The position numbers and the translations under genes are program-made. This document shows, in pieces, positions 12,159 through 22,757 of a DNA stretch of 64,000 bases (position 1 is its first letter; each line of letters starts with the position of its first letter). A model generated the notes under the pieces. That model ran no database searches. It worked only from the letters and a program-made list of their open reading frames with translations, and was not told the DNA's origin. The stretch lies in assembly GCA_902580765.1 (NCBI GenBank), contig CACHLW010000005.1, positions 173 through 64,172 on the forward strand, given 5' to 3'. Origin of the DNA: an uncultured Alphaproteobacteria bacterium (GTDB lineage: Bacteria > Pseudomonadota > Alphaproteobacteria > HIMB59 > GCA-002718135).

Positions 12159-12309
12159 ATAGTAGAAATATCAAAATTTGCTGTCAAAACTAAGACGAAA
12201 ATTTGACCTAATTAAGGTCCACCATTTTTTTTACATCACATACATTTTATCATTGCAGAGTATTTAAAGATTAAATACAGAAATAGCATATTTATTTAAG
12301 GAGTTTATA

Positions 12310-13641
12310 ATGATTAAACATTCTACGTCGGTGGATCAATCGGACAGAAAGGTTCCCTACAATTTAAGACAAAGTGGTCCTACACCAGTCCAGATGCTTA
12401 TTTCAACCAGAGTGAGAAAATCACCTTATTGGCATTTGTCAATGGAGGCGGGATGTTGGAGAGCAACAGTTTATAATAGAATTTATCATCCAAGAGGTTA
12501 CGTAAAGCCTGAAGATGGTGGAGCAATGGTTGAGTATGAGGCAATTAAAAACCATGTTACTATGTGGAATGTTGCTGTCGAAAGACAAATTCAGGTTAAA
12601 GGTCCTGATGCTGAGGCATTTGTTGATTATGTTATAACTAGAGATGCTTCTAAAATATCTCCAATGAGAGGAAGATACGTTATTCTTTGTAATCAATATG
12701 GCGGTGTTTTAAATGACCCTATTCTTCTTAGAATTTCAAAGGATGAATTTTGGTTTTCATTATCTGACTCAGATATTGGTCTTTATTTACAGGGTGTAAA
12801 TCATGATAATAGGTTTAATGTTAATATTGACGAAATTGATGTAAGCCCAGTTCAAATTCAAGGCCCCAAAGCGCATGCTTTGATGAATGATTTAATAGGT
12901 GATCAAGTTAAAGTTGATGAAATGCCATTCTATGGACTTGCTGCTGCGAAAGTAGGTGGGAGAGATTGTATAATTTCTCAGACAGGTTTCTCTGGAGAGG
13001 CTGGATTTGAAATTTATTTATATGATTCCACTAAGTATGCAGATGATATGTGGAATGCTGTTTTAGAAGCAGGAAAAAAACATAATCTTATGGTCATAGC
13101 TCCAGCTCATCATCGAAGAATCCAAGCAGGAATTCTATCTTGGGGTCAAGACATGGATAATCAGCATAATCCTTTTCAATGTAATTTAGGCTATCAAGTA
13201 TCTCTATCTGGAAAAGGTGAGTGGAATAAAACTTCTGATTACGTTGGTAAGACTGTTCTTGAAAAGATGAAGGCAGATTTAAAAGATGGAAAAAAACCAT
13301 ATAAGCTTCAGTTAGTTGGATTAAGCTTAGGTGGAAAACCTATTGAAGAATATGCTCCTGATTTTTGGCTTGTTTCAGAAGATGGCAATGAACCTTGTGG
13401 ATTCATAACATCTCCTTGGTATCATCCTGAGCAAGGAAGGAACATTGCTATGGGATATGTACCATTTGATGGGACTCTAAATAAAAATGGTTTTCCTATT
13501 GGAAATTATGGTCGCAAATTCAAAGTTCATCTACCTGATATATATGCAGACTCACCTGGTGTGCCAGTAGATGCAGAAGTTGTGCCAATTCCTTTTACTG
13601 AATCACACAACGCTAATACAAGAGAAGTAGTAGATAAATAA
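12310..13641 (+). CDS. GcvT-family THF-dependent aminomethyltransferase/demethylase, DmdA-like paralog
   Basis: WNVAVERQIQVKGPDA, NDPILL, SDSD, QTGFSGEAGFEIY and RRIQAG. At 443 aa it has an N-terminal extension and is longer than DmdA proper. Strong RBS AAGGAG. Confidence 0.85.
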   Translation: MIKHSTSVDQSDRKVPYNLRQSGPTPVQMLISTRVRKSPYWHLSMEAGCWRATVYNRIYHPRGYVKPEDGGAMVEYEAIKNHVTMWNVAVERQIQVKGPDAEAFVDYVITRDASKISPMRGRYVILCNQYGGVLNDPILLRISKDEFWFSLSDSDIGLYLQGVNHDNRFNVNIDEIDVSPVQIQGPKAHALMNDLIGDQVKVDEMPFYGLAAAKVGGRDCIISQTGFSGEAGFEIYLYDSTKYADDMWNAVLEAGKKHNLMVIAPAHHRRIQAGILSWGQDMDNQHNPFQCNLGYQVSLSGKGEWNKTSDYVGKTVLEKMKADLKDGKKPYKLQLVGLSLGGKPIEEYAPDFWLVSEDGNEPCGFITSPWYHPEQGRNIAMGYVPFDGTLNKNGFPIGNYGRKFKVHLPDIYADSPGVPVDAEVVPIPFTESHNANTREVVDK

Positions 13642-13649
13642 AACTTTTT

Positions 13650-13680
13650 AAGAAGCTCTATTAAATTAATAGAGCTTCTT
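13650..13680. terminator. Bidirectional terminator-like perfect inverted repeat
   Basis: AAGAAGCTCTATTAA-a-TTAATAGAGCTTCTT (15-bp arms) between convergent genes. Confidence 0.8.
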
Positions 13681-14300
13681 TATTTTAATAAAGCTTTTAT
13701 TCTATCAATGGAGATATAACCAACAACAAGTTCTTCATTAACGAAAAAAGTAGGAGTGCCACGCGCACCTGATCCATTAGCTAAAAAAGAACTCAGCCTT
13801 ACAATATTATTAACACTTTCTTTTGTCATATCGATATTTAATTTAGCATCATTTAACTCAAGATTCTCAATAATTTGTTTTAGTTTTGCATTATTTAAAT
13901 TTCCTTCAACTTCAAACAATGCATTATGAAAATCGATACCTTTATTCTGCATGTTTGCAGCTATAACCATATTTGCTAGTAATTTAGAAGACTCACTTAA
14001 AATTGGATGTTGTAAGAATACTATTCGCGTATCTTTTCTTTCATTTGCAATCTCAAGTAATTCAGGATGAACTTTTTTACAATATCCGCAAAAATAATCC
14101 ATAAATTCAATAATAGTATTGTTCGCATTTTCATCGCCAATTTGAACAATTCCTTCATCAGGAATAACATCTAATATTTTTAAATGAAAAGGCTTAGACT
14201 CATCAAAAAACAATTCTTTAAGAGTCATTTCAGCCTTTATGGGAAGACAAATAAACGCAGTTATTATAACCACCAAAATTATTTTTTTGAAGTATCTCAT
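13680..14300 (-). CDS. DsbA/Com1-like thioredoxin-fold periplasmic protein
   Basis: Signal peptide, EFMDYFCGYCKK and GTPTF. Confidence 0.88.
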   Translation of the reverse strand: MRYFKKIILVVIITAFICLPIKAEMTLKELFFDESKPFHLKILDVIPDEGIVQIGDENANNTIIEFMDYFCGYCKKVHPELLEIANERKDTRIVFLQHPILSESSKLLANMVIAANMQNKGIDFHNALFEVEGNLNNAKLKQIIENLELNDAKLNIDMTKESVNNIVRLSSFLANGSGARGTPTFFVNEELVVGYISIDRIKALLK

Positions 14301-14354
14301 GATTGACCCACCTTATTTAATATGATTAATGAAGTACAGTATTAAATAGTAATA

Positions 14355-16790
14355 ATGAAATCAAAGTCAAAAGTAGTTGTCATCGGTGGAGGTGCTGTAG
14401 GTGTTAGCACTCTTTATCATTTAGCTAAAAAGGGTTGGTCAGATGTAGTTCTGGTTGAAAGAAAGGAATTAACCTCAGGATCAACATGGCATGCAGCAGG
14501 GTTGCTTCCATTATTCAATATGAGTTATTCGGTAGGTCAATTGCATAAATACGCTGTCAAACTTTACAAAACTCTTGAAGAAGAAACAGGACAAAAAGTT
14601 GGATTTAGTGTGGTTTCAAATATTCGTTTAGCAACTACTCAAGATAGAATGGATGAGTATTATCAATATTCAGGAGTAGCTAAAACAATTGGTGTAGATG
14701 TTAAATTTTTAACTCCTGATCAAGTAAAAGAAATTTGGCCACTTTGCAATACAGATGGATTAATAGGTGCAATTCAACATCCTGAAGATGGATATATTCA
14801 ACCAGCTGATCTAACTCAAGCTCTTGCAAAAGGAGCAAGAGACAAAGGTGCAGAAATTTATAGAAACACTTCTGTAATTGGAATTAAAAAAAATAAAGAT
14901 GATTTATGGATTGTAGAAACTGATAAAGGATCTATTGAATGTGAGCATGTAGTTTCATGTAGTGGTAATTTTGCAAGACAGACTGGAAAGATGGTTGGAC
15001 TTGATATACCTGTTATACCAGTTGAACACCAATACATTGTTACTGACGATCATCCTGAAATATTAAAAAGAAAAGAACAAGGACTTCCTGAAATGGGAGT
15101 CTTGAGAGATTCTGATAGTTCTTGGTACATGCGTGAAGAAAGAGGAGGATTGATTTTAGGACCTTATGAAAAAGGGGCTCCTGTATGTTATGTCGATGGA
15201 CCTGATAAAGAATCTGAATTCGAATTATTTCAAGAAGATCTGGAGCGTTTAGAGCCTCACATTGAATCGGCAATGCACCGTGTTCCTATTTTTGGAGAAG
15301 TTGGAGTTAAGAAAGTTTACAATGGTGCTATTTGTTATACACCAGATGGAAGTCCAATTGTTGGACCGGCATGGGGACTTAAAAATTTCTGGTTAAATGA
15401 AGGTCATAGTTTTGGAATTACTGCAGCTGGTGGTGCTGGATGGCAAATTGCTGAATGGATAGTAGACGGTGAACCTACAATTGATATGTTAGGAGTAGAT
15501 CCTAGAAGGTTTGGTGATTATGCAACTGAAGCATATTTAATTAAAAAGAATGAAGAAGCTTACGCGAACGTCTTTACAGTACACTATCCTGACGAGGAAA
15601 GGGAAGAGGGACGTCCATTAAGACAAGCTCCTTGTTATGATAGATTAAAAAATCTTGGTGCAGTTTTTGGTCAAAAGTTTGGTTGGGAGCGCGCTAACTG
15701 GTTTGCACCTTCAAAAGAATTACAAAAAGATGATTGGTCATTTAGACGATCAAAATGGTTTAAGCATGTTGGCAACGAATGCTTAAATGTTCAAGATAAT
15801 GCTGGTCTTCTAGATATGACTGCTTTTGCTAAATGTCGGATTTCAGGACCGGGTGCAGAAGAGTTTCTAGACTACTTAGTTGCAAACAAAATCCCTAAAA
15901 AAATTGGAAGAGTAAATCTTTGTCATGCACTAAATACTGCTGGAGGAGTTCACTCAGAATTTACAATTGCTAAAGAAAAAGAAAATTCGTTTTATTTAGT
16001 TTCAGCTGGAGCATTTCAACGATTAGATCATGATTGGATTCATAAATGGATGCCCAAAGATGGATCAGTAATTTATGAAAATCTAACTAATAGTATGGGT
16101 GTTCTTGTTTTAGCCGGTCCTAAATCGAGAGATATTCTTTCCAAAATTACTAAGACTGATTTATCTAATGAAAATTTCCCATGGTTATCCTCAAAAAAAA
16201 TCAATGTTGGTTTAGCTCCTAGTATTGCTATGCGAATGAATTTTGTTGGAGAACTAGGATGGGAATTACATCATCCTATTGAATATCAAAACCATATTTT
16301 TGATAAATTGATCGAAGCAGGAAAAGATCATGGGCTTAAACCATTTGGTATTAGAGCGATGGAAAGCTTACGTGTTGAAAAAACCTACAAATTGGTTGGT
16401 ACAGAAATGTCTATTGAATATGCAGCTTTTGAGTCTGGATTAGAGAGATTTGTACATTTAAATAAAGGGAATTTTATTGGAAGAGATTCTCTTGTTAAAT
16501 GGCAGCAAAATGGTTTTAAAAACAAAATGGTAACTTTAGAGGTTCATGATGTTGAAGATGCAGATGCATTGGGTAATAATCCAATTTATAATAATGGCAG
16601 AGTTATAGGTCGTGCGACAGGAGGTAACTATGGTTTTAGAGTGAAAAAATCATTAGCTATTGGTATGGTGGATCCTCAATATGCAGACATTGGTCAAAAA
16701 TTAGAAATGGATATATTAGATAAAAAATACAATATAACTGTTATAGAGGATAGTCCTTATGATCCTAAAAATGAAAAACTAAAACAATAG
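14355..16790 (+). CDS. Dimethylglycine dehydrogenase-like flavoprotein (FAD oxidase plus GcvT domain)
   Basis: [17 protein letters not shown] (covalent-FAD His), [13 protein letters not shown] and VGELGWELH; 811 aa; directly followed by etfBA. Confidence 0.88.
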   Translation: MKSKSKVVVIGGGAVGVSTLYHLAKKGWSDVVLVERKELTSGSTWHAAGLLPLFNMSYSVGQLHKYAVKLYKTLEEETGQKVGFSVVSNIRLATTQDRMDEYYQYSGVAKTIGVDVKFLTPDQVKEIWPLCNTDGLIGAIQHPEDGYIQPADLTQALAKGARDKGAEIYRNTSVIGIKKNKDDLWIVETDKGSIECEHVVSCSGNFARQTGKMVGLDIPVIPVEHQYIVTDDHPEILKRKEQGLPEMGVLRDSDSSWYMREERGGLILGPYEKGAPVCYVDGPDKESEFELFQEDLERLEPHIESAMHRVPIFGEVGVKKVYNGAICYTPDGSPIVGPAWGLKNFWLNEGHSFGITAAGGAGWQIAEWIVDGEPTIDMLGVDPRRFGDYATEAYLIKKNEEAYANVFTVHYPDEEREEGRPLRQAPCYDRLKNLGAVFGQKFGWERANWFAPSKELQKDDWSFRRSKWFKHVGNECLNVQDNAGLLDMTAFAKCRISGPGAEEFLDYLVANKIPKKIGRVNLCHALNTAGGVHSEFTIAKEKENSFYLVSAGAFQRLDHDWIHKWMPKDGSVIYENLTNSMGVLVLAGPKSRDILSKITKTDLSNENFPWLSSKKINVGLAPSIAMRMNFVGELGWELHHPIEYQNHIFDKLIEAGKDHGLKPFGIRAMESLRVEKTYKLVGTEMSIEYAAFESGLERFVHLNKGNFIGRDSLVKWQQNGFKNKMVTLEVHDVEDADALGNNPIYNNGRVIGRATGGNYGFRVKKSLAIGMVDPQYADIGQKLEMDILDKKYNITVIEDSPYDPKNEKLKQ

Positions 16791-16791
16791 T

Positions 16792-17541
16792 ATGAAGTTA
16801 CTTGTTACCGTAAAAAGAGTCATAGATTATAATGTTCAAATCAGGGTTAAAGCTGATGGTTCTGGAGTTGAAAAAGATAATGTAAAAATGTCCATGAATC
16901 CTCCTGATGAAAACGCAGTAGAAGAAGCTCTACGAATTAAAGAAGCTGGTAAAGCAGATGAAATTATAATTCTTTCTATAGGTAATGATAAGGCACAAGA
17001 AACTATTCGAACTGCATTAGCAATGGGAGCTGATAGGGGTATTCATATTAAAACAGACAATGACTTAGAACCTCTAGCTATTTCTAAAATAATTTCTAAA
17101 GTTGCTGAAGAAGAAAAACCATCAATTATTTTAATGGGAAAACAAGCCATCGATGATGACTCTAATCAAACTGGTCAAATGACATCTGCATTACTCAATT
17201 GGCCTCAGGCTACATTTGCATCTAAAATTGAAATTGATGGCCAAAATGCAATCGTTACTAGAGAAATAGATGAAGGTTTAGAAAGAATAAAAGTGTCTAT
17301 ACCATTTGTAGCATCATGTGATCTTCGACTGAATGAACCTAGGTATGCTTCTTTACCAAATATAATGAAAGCAAAGAAAAAATCAATTGATACAAAAGAA
17401 GCATCTTCACTTGGTATAAATATAGAACCGAGAATTGAACAATTAAAAGTAGAAGAACCACCTGTTAGACAAAAAGGAATTATGGTAAGTGATGTTGCTG
17501 AATTGGTTCAAAAACTAAAACATGAGGCAAAAGTTATATGA
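16792..17541 (+). CDS. etfB: Electron transfer flavoprotein beta subunit
   Basis: [26 protein letters not shown] and [17 protein letters not shown]. Confidence 0.97.
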   Translation: MKLLVTVKRVIDYNVQIRVKADGSGVEKDNVKMSMNPPDENAVEEALRIKEAGKADEIIILSIGNDKAQETIRTALAMGADRGIHIKTDNDLEPLAISKIISKVAEEEKPSIILMGKQAIDDDSNQTGQMTSALLNWPQATFASKIEIDGQNAIVTREIDEGLERIKVSIPFVASCDLRLNEPRYASLPNIMKAKKKSIDTKEASSLGINIEPRIEQLKVEEPPVRQKGIMVSDVAELVQKLKHEAKVI

Positions 17542-18491
17542 CAATATTAGTATTAGCAGAACATAATAATATAGATATCAAATCATCTACCTTAAATACT
17601 ATATCTGCAGCATCGCAAATAGACCAAGATATCCATGTTTTGGTAACAGGCTATGAATGTGAAGAGTTAGCTAAAAATATCTCTAAATGTGAAAAAGTTT
17701 CAAAAGTATATTTAGTCAATAATGAAAAACTTAAAAACCCAATTGCTGAAAACATTGAGCCTATCGTTGTATCTTTGGCTAATAATTATACCCACATAAT
17801 GGCACCTGCAACAACATTTGGTAAAAATATTTTTCCAAGAATTGCCGTTAAACTAGATATTGCACAAGTTAGTGATGTTATAAAAATAATAAGTTCCGAT
17901 ACTTTTATGAGGCCAATTTACGCTGGTAACGCTATTGCAACAGTTAAATCAAATGACGAGATTAAAGTAGTAACAGTAAGACCAACATCTTTTGACTCTG
18001 TTGAAACTAGCGGTGGAAAAGAACAGGTCGAAAATATTTCTTTTGATAATGATAGTGGCAGTGTTGAATTTATAGATAGAGAAGAATCTCAATCTGAAAG
18101 ACCAGAGTTAAGTACTGCTCGAGTTGTGATATCTGGTGGCAGAGGATTACAAAGCGCTGAAAATTTTAAACTTTTAAATGAAATAGCAGACAAGCTTAAT
18201 GCGGCAGTTGGAGCTTCTCGTGCTGCTGTAGATGCTGGTTATGTTTCTAATGATTATCAAGTTGGGCAAACTGGCAAAGTAGTTGTCCCAGATTTGTATA
18301 TTGCTGTCGGAATTTCTGGTGCAATACAGCACTTAGCGGGTATGAAAGAAAGTAAGGTAATTGTTGCAATCAATAAAGATGAAGAAGCCCCAATATTTAA
18401 TGTCGCTGACTATGGATTAAATGCTGATTTATTTGAGGCATTGCCTCAATTATCTTCTGAACTAGATAAATTAAATACTATTCAACAATAA
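17538..18491 (+). CDS. etfA: Electron transfer flavoprotein alpha subunit
   Basis: [29 protein letters not shown] and [12 protein letters not shown]. Confidence 0.97.
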   Translation: MTILVLAEHNNIDIKSSTLNTISAASQIDQDIHVLVTGYECEELAKNISKCEKVSKVYLVNNEKLKNPIAENIEPIVVSLANNYTHIMAPATTFGKNIFPRIAVKLDIAQVSDVIKIISSDTFMRPIYAGNAIATVKSNDEIKVVTVRPTSFDSVETSGGKEQVENISFDNDSGSVEFIDREESQSERPELSTARVVISGGRGLQSAENFKLLNEIADKLNAAVGASRAAVDAGYVSNDYQVGQTGKVVVPDLYIAVGISGAIQHLAGMKESKVIVAINKDEEAPIFNVADYGLNADLFEALPQLSSELDKLNTIQQ

Positions 18492-18514
18492 ATTAATTTA
18501 TTACAATAAATAAA

Positions 18515-20143
18515 ATGGAAGTAGAACGCGAGTCAATGGACTATGATGTTGTAGTGGTAGGTGCTGGTCCATCAGGCCTTTCAACTGCAATTAAACTAAA
18601 ACAGTTGAATCCAGAAATTAATGTTTGTGTATTAGAAAAGGGATCAGAGGTAGGAGCCCATATTTTAAGTGGTAATGTATTTGAAACAAGAGCACTCGAT
18701 GAATTAATACCTGATTGGAGAAGTAAAGACTCACCAATTAAAACTAAAGTAACAAAAGAAAAGTTTTTATTCTTATCTAAGAAAGGCTCATTAAATTGGC
18801 CTACATGGCTTCTTCCTAGTGTACAAAAAAATCATAACAATTATATCATTAGTCTTGCAAATTTATGTAGATGGCTTGCAAGTGAGGCTGAAAATTTAGG
18901 AGTAGAAATTTTTCCAGGATTTGCGGCATCTAAAATATTATATTCAGATGAAGATCATGTAATTGGTGTACAAACTGGTGATATGGGTATTGATAAAGAT
19001 GGTAACAAAAAAGATAGTTTTGAACCAGGAATAAATATTAACGCTAAAGTAACAGTCTTTGCTGAGGGTTGTAGAGGTCATTTAGGAAAAGAATTAATTA
19101 AAAAATATAATTTATCAAAAGATAAGTCACCACAACAATACGGAATTGGGTTTAAAGAAATTTGGGAAGTAGATGAAAGTCAGCATGAAGAGGGTCTTGT
19201 CATGCATACTGCGGGATGGCCATTAGATAATGCAACTTATGGAGGTAGTTTTTGTTATCATGCTGAAAATAAACAAATATTTTTGGGATACGTAATCGGT
19301 CTTGATTATAAAAATCCTTATTTATCACCTTATGATGAATTTCAAAAATTTAAAACCCACCCAGCAATTAAGAAAATTCTTACTAATGGAAAACGTATCG
19401 CTTATGGAGCAAGGGCACTTATTGAAGGTGGTATTCAAAGTTTACCTACAATGTATATGCCGGGCGGATTACTAGTTGGATGCGATGCAGGCACCTTAAA
19501 TATGCCAAAGATTAAAGGTTCACATACTGCAATGAAAAGTGGAATTATAGCTGCTGAAACAATTAATGATTATTTAAGTAAATCTGTATCTCTTGCAGCA
19601 TATGAAGATAAATTTAAAAGTTCATGGCTTTATAAAGAATTGTTTGCAGCAAGGAATGTAAAACCTAGTTTTAATTGGGGGTTAATACCTGCAATAATAT
19701 TTACCGGAATTGATCAAATAATATTTAGAGGCAAGCTTCCTTTTACATTGAAACACAAACATGCTGATCATGAAGCTTTACAATTAGCAAAAGATTCAAA
19801 AAAAATAGATTATCCAAAATATGATGGAATATTTACTTTTGATAAAACCAGTTCTGTTTATTTGACTGGAACTAACCATGAAGCTGATCAGCCAGTGCAT
19901 TTACAATTGAAGGATAAGGAATTACCAATAAAATTTACTTTAAATGCTTTCGATGAGCCATCTCAAAGATATTGTCCTGCTGGTGTATATGAGATTGATA
20001 AGACTGATATTCAAAATCCTAAATTTATAATTAATGCACAAAACTGTATTCATTGTAAAACATGCGATATTAAAGAGCCATCACAAAACATAAATTGGGT
20101 TGTACCTGAAGGTAGTGGGGGGCCAAATTATGCAAATATGTAA
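18515..20143 (+). CDS. ETF-ubiquinone oxidoreductase
   Basis: VGAGPSGL, GAHILSG, KIKGSHTAMKSG and a C-terminal 4Fe-4S motif YCPAGVYE...NCIHCKTCDIK. Confidence 0.97.
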   Translation: MEVERESMDYDVVVVGAGPSGLSTAIKLKQLNPEINVCVLEKGSEVGAHILSGNVFETRALDELIPDWRSKDSPIKTKVTKEKFLFLSKKGSLNWPTWLLPSVQKNHNNYIISLANLCRWLASEAENLGVEIFPGFAASKILYSDEDHVIGVQTGDMGIDKDGNKKDSFEPGININAKVTVFAEGCRGHLGKELIKKYNLSKDKSPQQYGIGFKEIWEVDESQHEEGLVMHTAGWPLDNATYGGSFCYHAENKQIFLGYVIGLDYKNPYLSPYDEFQKFKTHPAIKKILTNGKRIAYGARALIEGGIQSLPTMYMPGGLLVGCDAGTLNMPKIKGSHTAMKSGIIAAETINDYLSKSVSLAAYEDKFKSSWLYKELFAARNVKPSFNWGLIPAIIFTGIDQIIFRGKLPFTLKHKHADHEALQLAKDSKKIDYPKYDGIFTFDKTSSVYLTGTNHEADQPVHLQLKDKELPIKFTLNAFDEPSQRYCPAGVYEIDKTDIQNPKFIINAQNCIHCKTCDIKEPSQNINWVVPEGSGGPNYANM

Positions 20144-20189
20144 TATATCTCAAAAATACTTATTTTATTTAAATTGATTAATTTTCATT

Positions 20190-21017
20190 ATGAAAAATAA
20201 AATTGTATTTACTTTTGCAACAGCTGAAGTAAATTTTATTGGCCAAATATTTATTAAGATTACTGAATTATTAACAGGAAAATTAAAATTAAAAAAATTA
20301 TATGATGAATATTTATCAGAAAATAGACCTCCTGAGCTTTTTTGGGATGATGCAGTAGATAAATTAAATTTTACTTTAATAACTAACTTTCAGGAAGGTA
20401 GTTACATTCCCAAAAAAGGAAAATTAATTGTTATAGCAAATCATGCTTTTGGTGTTGCTGATGGCGTATCCATATGTTCAGCAATTTCAAAAGTAAGACA
20501 AGATTATAAAATGGTTACACATAAAGTCTTAAGGCAAGCAGAGGCAGTAAAAGATAAAATATTACCAATTGATTTTAATGAAAATAGAGAAGCTCTAATA
20601 ACTAACATTAATACACGTAAAGAAGCTGAAAAAGTTTTGCATAATGAAGGTGTTCTAGTTCTTTTTCCTTCTGGAACGATAGCAACTAAACAAAACTTAA
20701 AAAAAAATACAAAAGCTGACGATGGTGAGTGGAAACAATGGGTATCGAAACTTGTTCTTAAAACTAAAAGCCCTGTGTTACCAATTTTTTTTGACGGTCA
20801 AAATAGTCAACTTTACCACATTGCTAATAAAATTGGACAAACATTTAGATACTCTTTATGTATGTATGAACTGAAAAGAAAGATAGGTGATGATATCTAT
20901 ATGTACTTTGGCTCACTTATACCTTACGAAAACCTTGAAAAAATTGGAGATATAAAAAAAATTACTCAGTACTTAAGGTCAACTACATATTCTTTAGATC
21001 CACAATTTAATAATTAA
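20190..21017 (+). CDS. Lysophospholipid/glycerolipid acyltransferase family protein
   Basis: ANHAFGVADG (HxxxxD), LFPSG, VLPIFFDGQNS. Confidence 0.8.
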   Translation: MKNKIVFTFATAEVNFIGQIFIKITELLTGKLKLKKLYDEYLSENRPPELFWDDAVDKLNFTLITNFQEGSYIPKKGKLIVIANHAFGVADGVSICSAISKVRQDYKMVTHKVLRQAEAVKDKILPIDFNENREALITNINTRKEAEKVLHNEGVLVLFPSGTIATKQNLKKNTKADDGEWKQWVSKLVLKTKSPVLPIFFDGQNSQLYHIANKIGQTFRYSLCMYELKRKIGDDIYMYFGSLIPYENLEKIGDIKKITQYLRSTTYSLDPQFNN

Positions 21018-21055
21018 ATATTTATTTTTTACACTTACCGTTTTATAGAGTTCTT

Positions 21056-21727
21056 ATGGTGGGTTTTGTTGGTTTACAAGCAAGAAGAAGAAGAAGAAAC
21101 AGAATCTTACTAGTCATTTCAATTATAGCTATCTTTGGTATTTTTTTCTATTTGCCTTCTTTAGATTTTTCAACTGAGCAAACTGAGCCACCTATTGAAA
21201 TCATTCCTAGTAGTGTCGTTGATGAATCAAGTTTACGATCTGAAATACAAGAACTTAAACTTGAGATATTTCAAAAAGATCAGCGATTAAAATTTAGAGA
21301 TGATCAAATAAAAAACTTACGTGAAGAAATAGCTGATTTAAATGAATCATTCGATACAATTAAGAATGATTATGAAAAATCTCTTAAAAATATATCAGAT
21401 ATAGAAAATAAACCATTAGAAAATAATTCAGAAAGTAATGAGAAACTTAATAAACTTGAAAATAAAATAACTGAATTAAATAAACAATTGTCAAAATATG
21501 AAGACCTTGTTCAAAAATTAGAAATAGAATTAGAAAATTCTGCATCAACAGAAGATATAGAAGAAGTAAATATTGAAAATTCAATACTAAAATCAGAACT
21601 TAGACAGATTGAACAAAAAAATCGTAGTTTTGAAAATGAATTAAATGAATTAATAAAAATAATTAAAAATAAAGATAAAGAAATAGAAGATTTAATTTAT
21701 TTAAAAGATTCTCAACATCATGGTTGA
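21056..21727 (+). CDS. Hypothetical membrane-anchored coiled-coil protein
   Basis: Poly-Arg followed by one TM helix, then a long E/K/L/N-rich heptad region. Confidence 0.65.
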   Translation: MVGFVGLQARRRRRNRILLVISIIAIFGIFFYLPSLDFSTEQTEPPIEIIPSSVVDESSLRSEIQELKLEIFQKDQRLKFRDDQIKNLREEIADLNESFDTIKNDYEKSLKNISDIENKPLENNSESNEKLNKLENKITELNKQLSKYEDLVQKLEIELENSASTEDIEEVNIENSILKSELRQIEQKNRSFENELNELIKIIKNKDKEIEDLIYLKDSQHHG

Positions 21728-22210
21728 TTATTTATTTTTCTTTCTGAATAAATAGGGTTCTTCAAAATCCCCAATCCATATACCCTTTTTATCTCGTTTT
21801 GCTTCTTCTTCTTCTTCAATATAATCTTTTGAATAATAGCGATAAGCAATCGCCCATCCATTCATAACCATTGCGCTATTTAAATCTAAATTATCTTTAT
21901 AGCAGATTCCAATAAATCTATTATATCTATCCTTACCTTTTGTGATGCATTCAATTTTATTATTACCAATTAATTCCTTTAAGAACTTTGTTGATTCCAC
22001 ACCACAATTCCAGACTTTACTATTTTTATTACATGTTTGATTTGTCTCAGGAGCATCAATAGCATGCAGTCTTATTTTATTTTTATTAATATGTATAGTA
22101 TCACCATCAATTACTTTTGCTTTTCCAAATATAGTTTTGCCAGATGATACTGTGCTTAATGAAATTAAGATAAAAAATAAATTAAATATTAAGATTTTTA
22201 CTACCATCAA
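21728..22210 (-). CDS. Thermonuclease (SNase-like) family protein with signal peptide
   Basis: VIDGDT, IRLHAIDAPE, DRYNR, GWAIAY and KKGIW. Confidence 0.9.
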   Translation of the reverse strand: MMVVKILIFNLFFILISLSTVSSGKTIFGKAKVIDGDTIHINKNKIRLHAIDAPETNQTCNKNSKVWNCGVESTKFLKELIGNNKIECITKGKDRYNRFIGICYKDNLDLNSAMVMNGWAIAYRYYSKDYIEEEEEAKRDKKGIWIGDFEEPYLFRKKNK

Positions 22211-22757
22211 CTAATAAATCATAAACATATTTTGCATGTGATCTGTTCAAATGTAAATCTAATGAAGTTTCTTCTTTATTAGTATTATTTCTAATAAAAA
22301 GTATTGGAATTTTTATAAATATAGTTTGGGCTACTGAAAAATTAGTTTCCAAAATTTTTTCTAAGTTCGCGACAAGAAATTTAGAAAGTAAAACAAATAC
22401 TTTTTCCCCTTCAAGACGTAAAACAGTTTTATTAAATGAAACATCAGTTATTGCTGTTTTTTCTGGATTAAGTTTAGATTCTAATAGAGAAATAATTTCG
22501 TCTTTCTCGTTTTCTGGTGTTTCGACTAACCATTCATTAGGACCAAGCCACATAATACTAATATTATTATTAAAAATTCTTACATTTGGCTCAATTGGTA
22601 AAACCAGGTTTAATACTGAGCCTATATTTTTCATAAATTCTTTATCTGAACTTTTACCTCGTATATTTATTTTACCTGATAGAGCTTTTTCTTCTATTGT
22701 TACTCCATTGTAATTTTTTTTATTTATATTCAAAACATTACTGTAAGTTAAACTCAT
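22182..22757 (-). CDS. soxG: Sarcosine oxidase gamma subunit
   Basis: INIRG, WLGPNEWL, AITDVS and RSHAKY; last of the soxBDAG genes. Confidence 0.88.
   Translation of the reverse strand: MSLTYSNVLNINKKNYNGVTIEEKALSGKINIRGKSSDKEFMKNIGSVLNLVLPIEPNVRIFNNNISIMWLGPNEWLVETPENEKDEIISLLESKLNPEKTAITDVSFNKTVLRLEGEKVFVLLSKFLVANLEKILETNFSVAQTIFIKIPILFIRNNTNKEETSLDLHLNRSHAKYVYDLLVDGSKNLNI

Noticed and set aside
12310-13641. Calling this gene dmdA or gcvT
   Set aside because: It is longer than and divergent from DmdA as I recall it, and no gcvH/gcvP is adjacent, so the substrate cannot be assigned from sequence.
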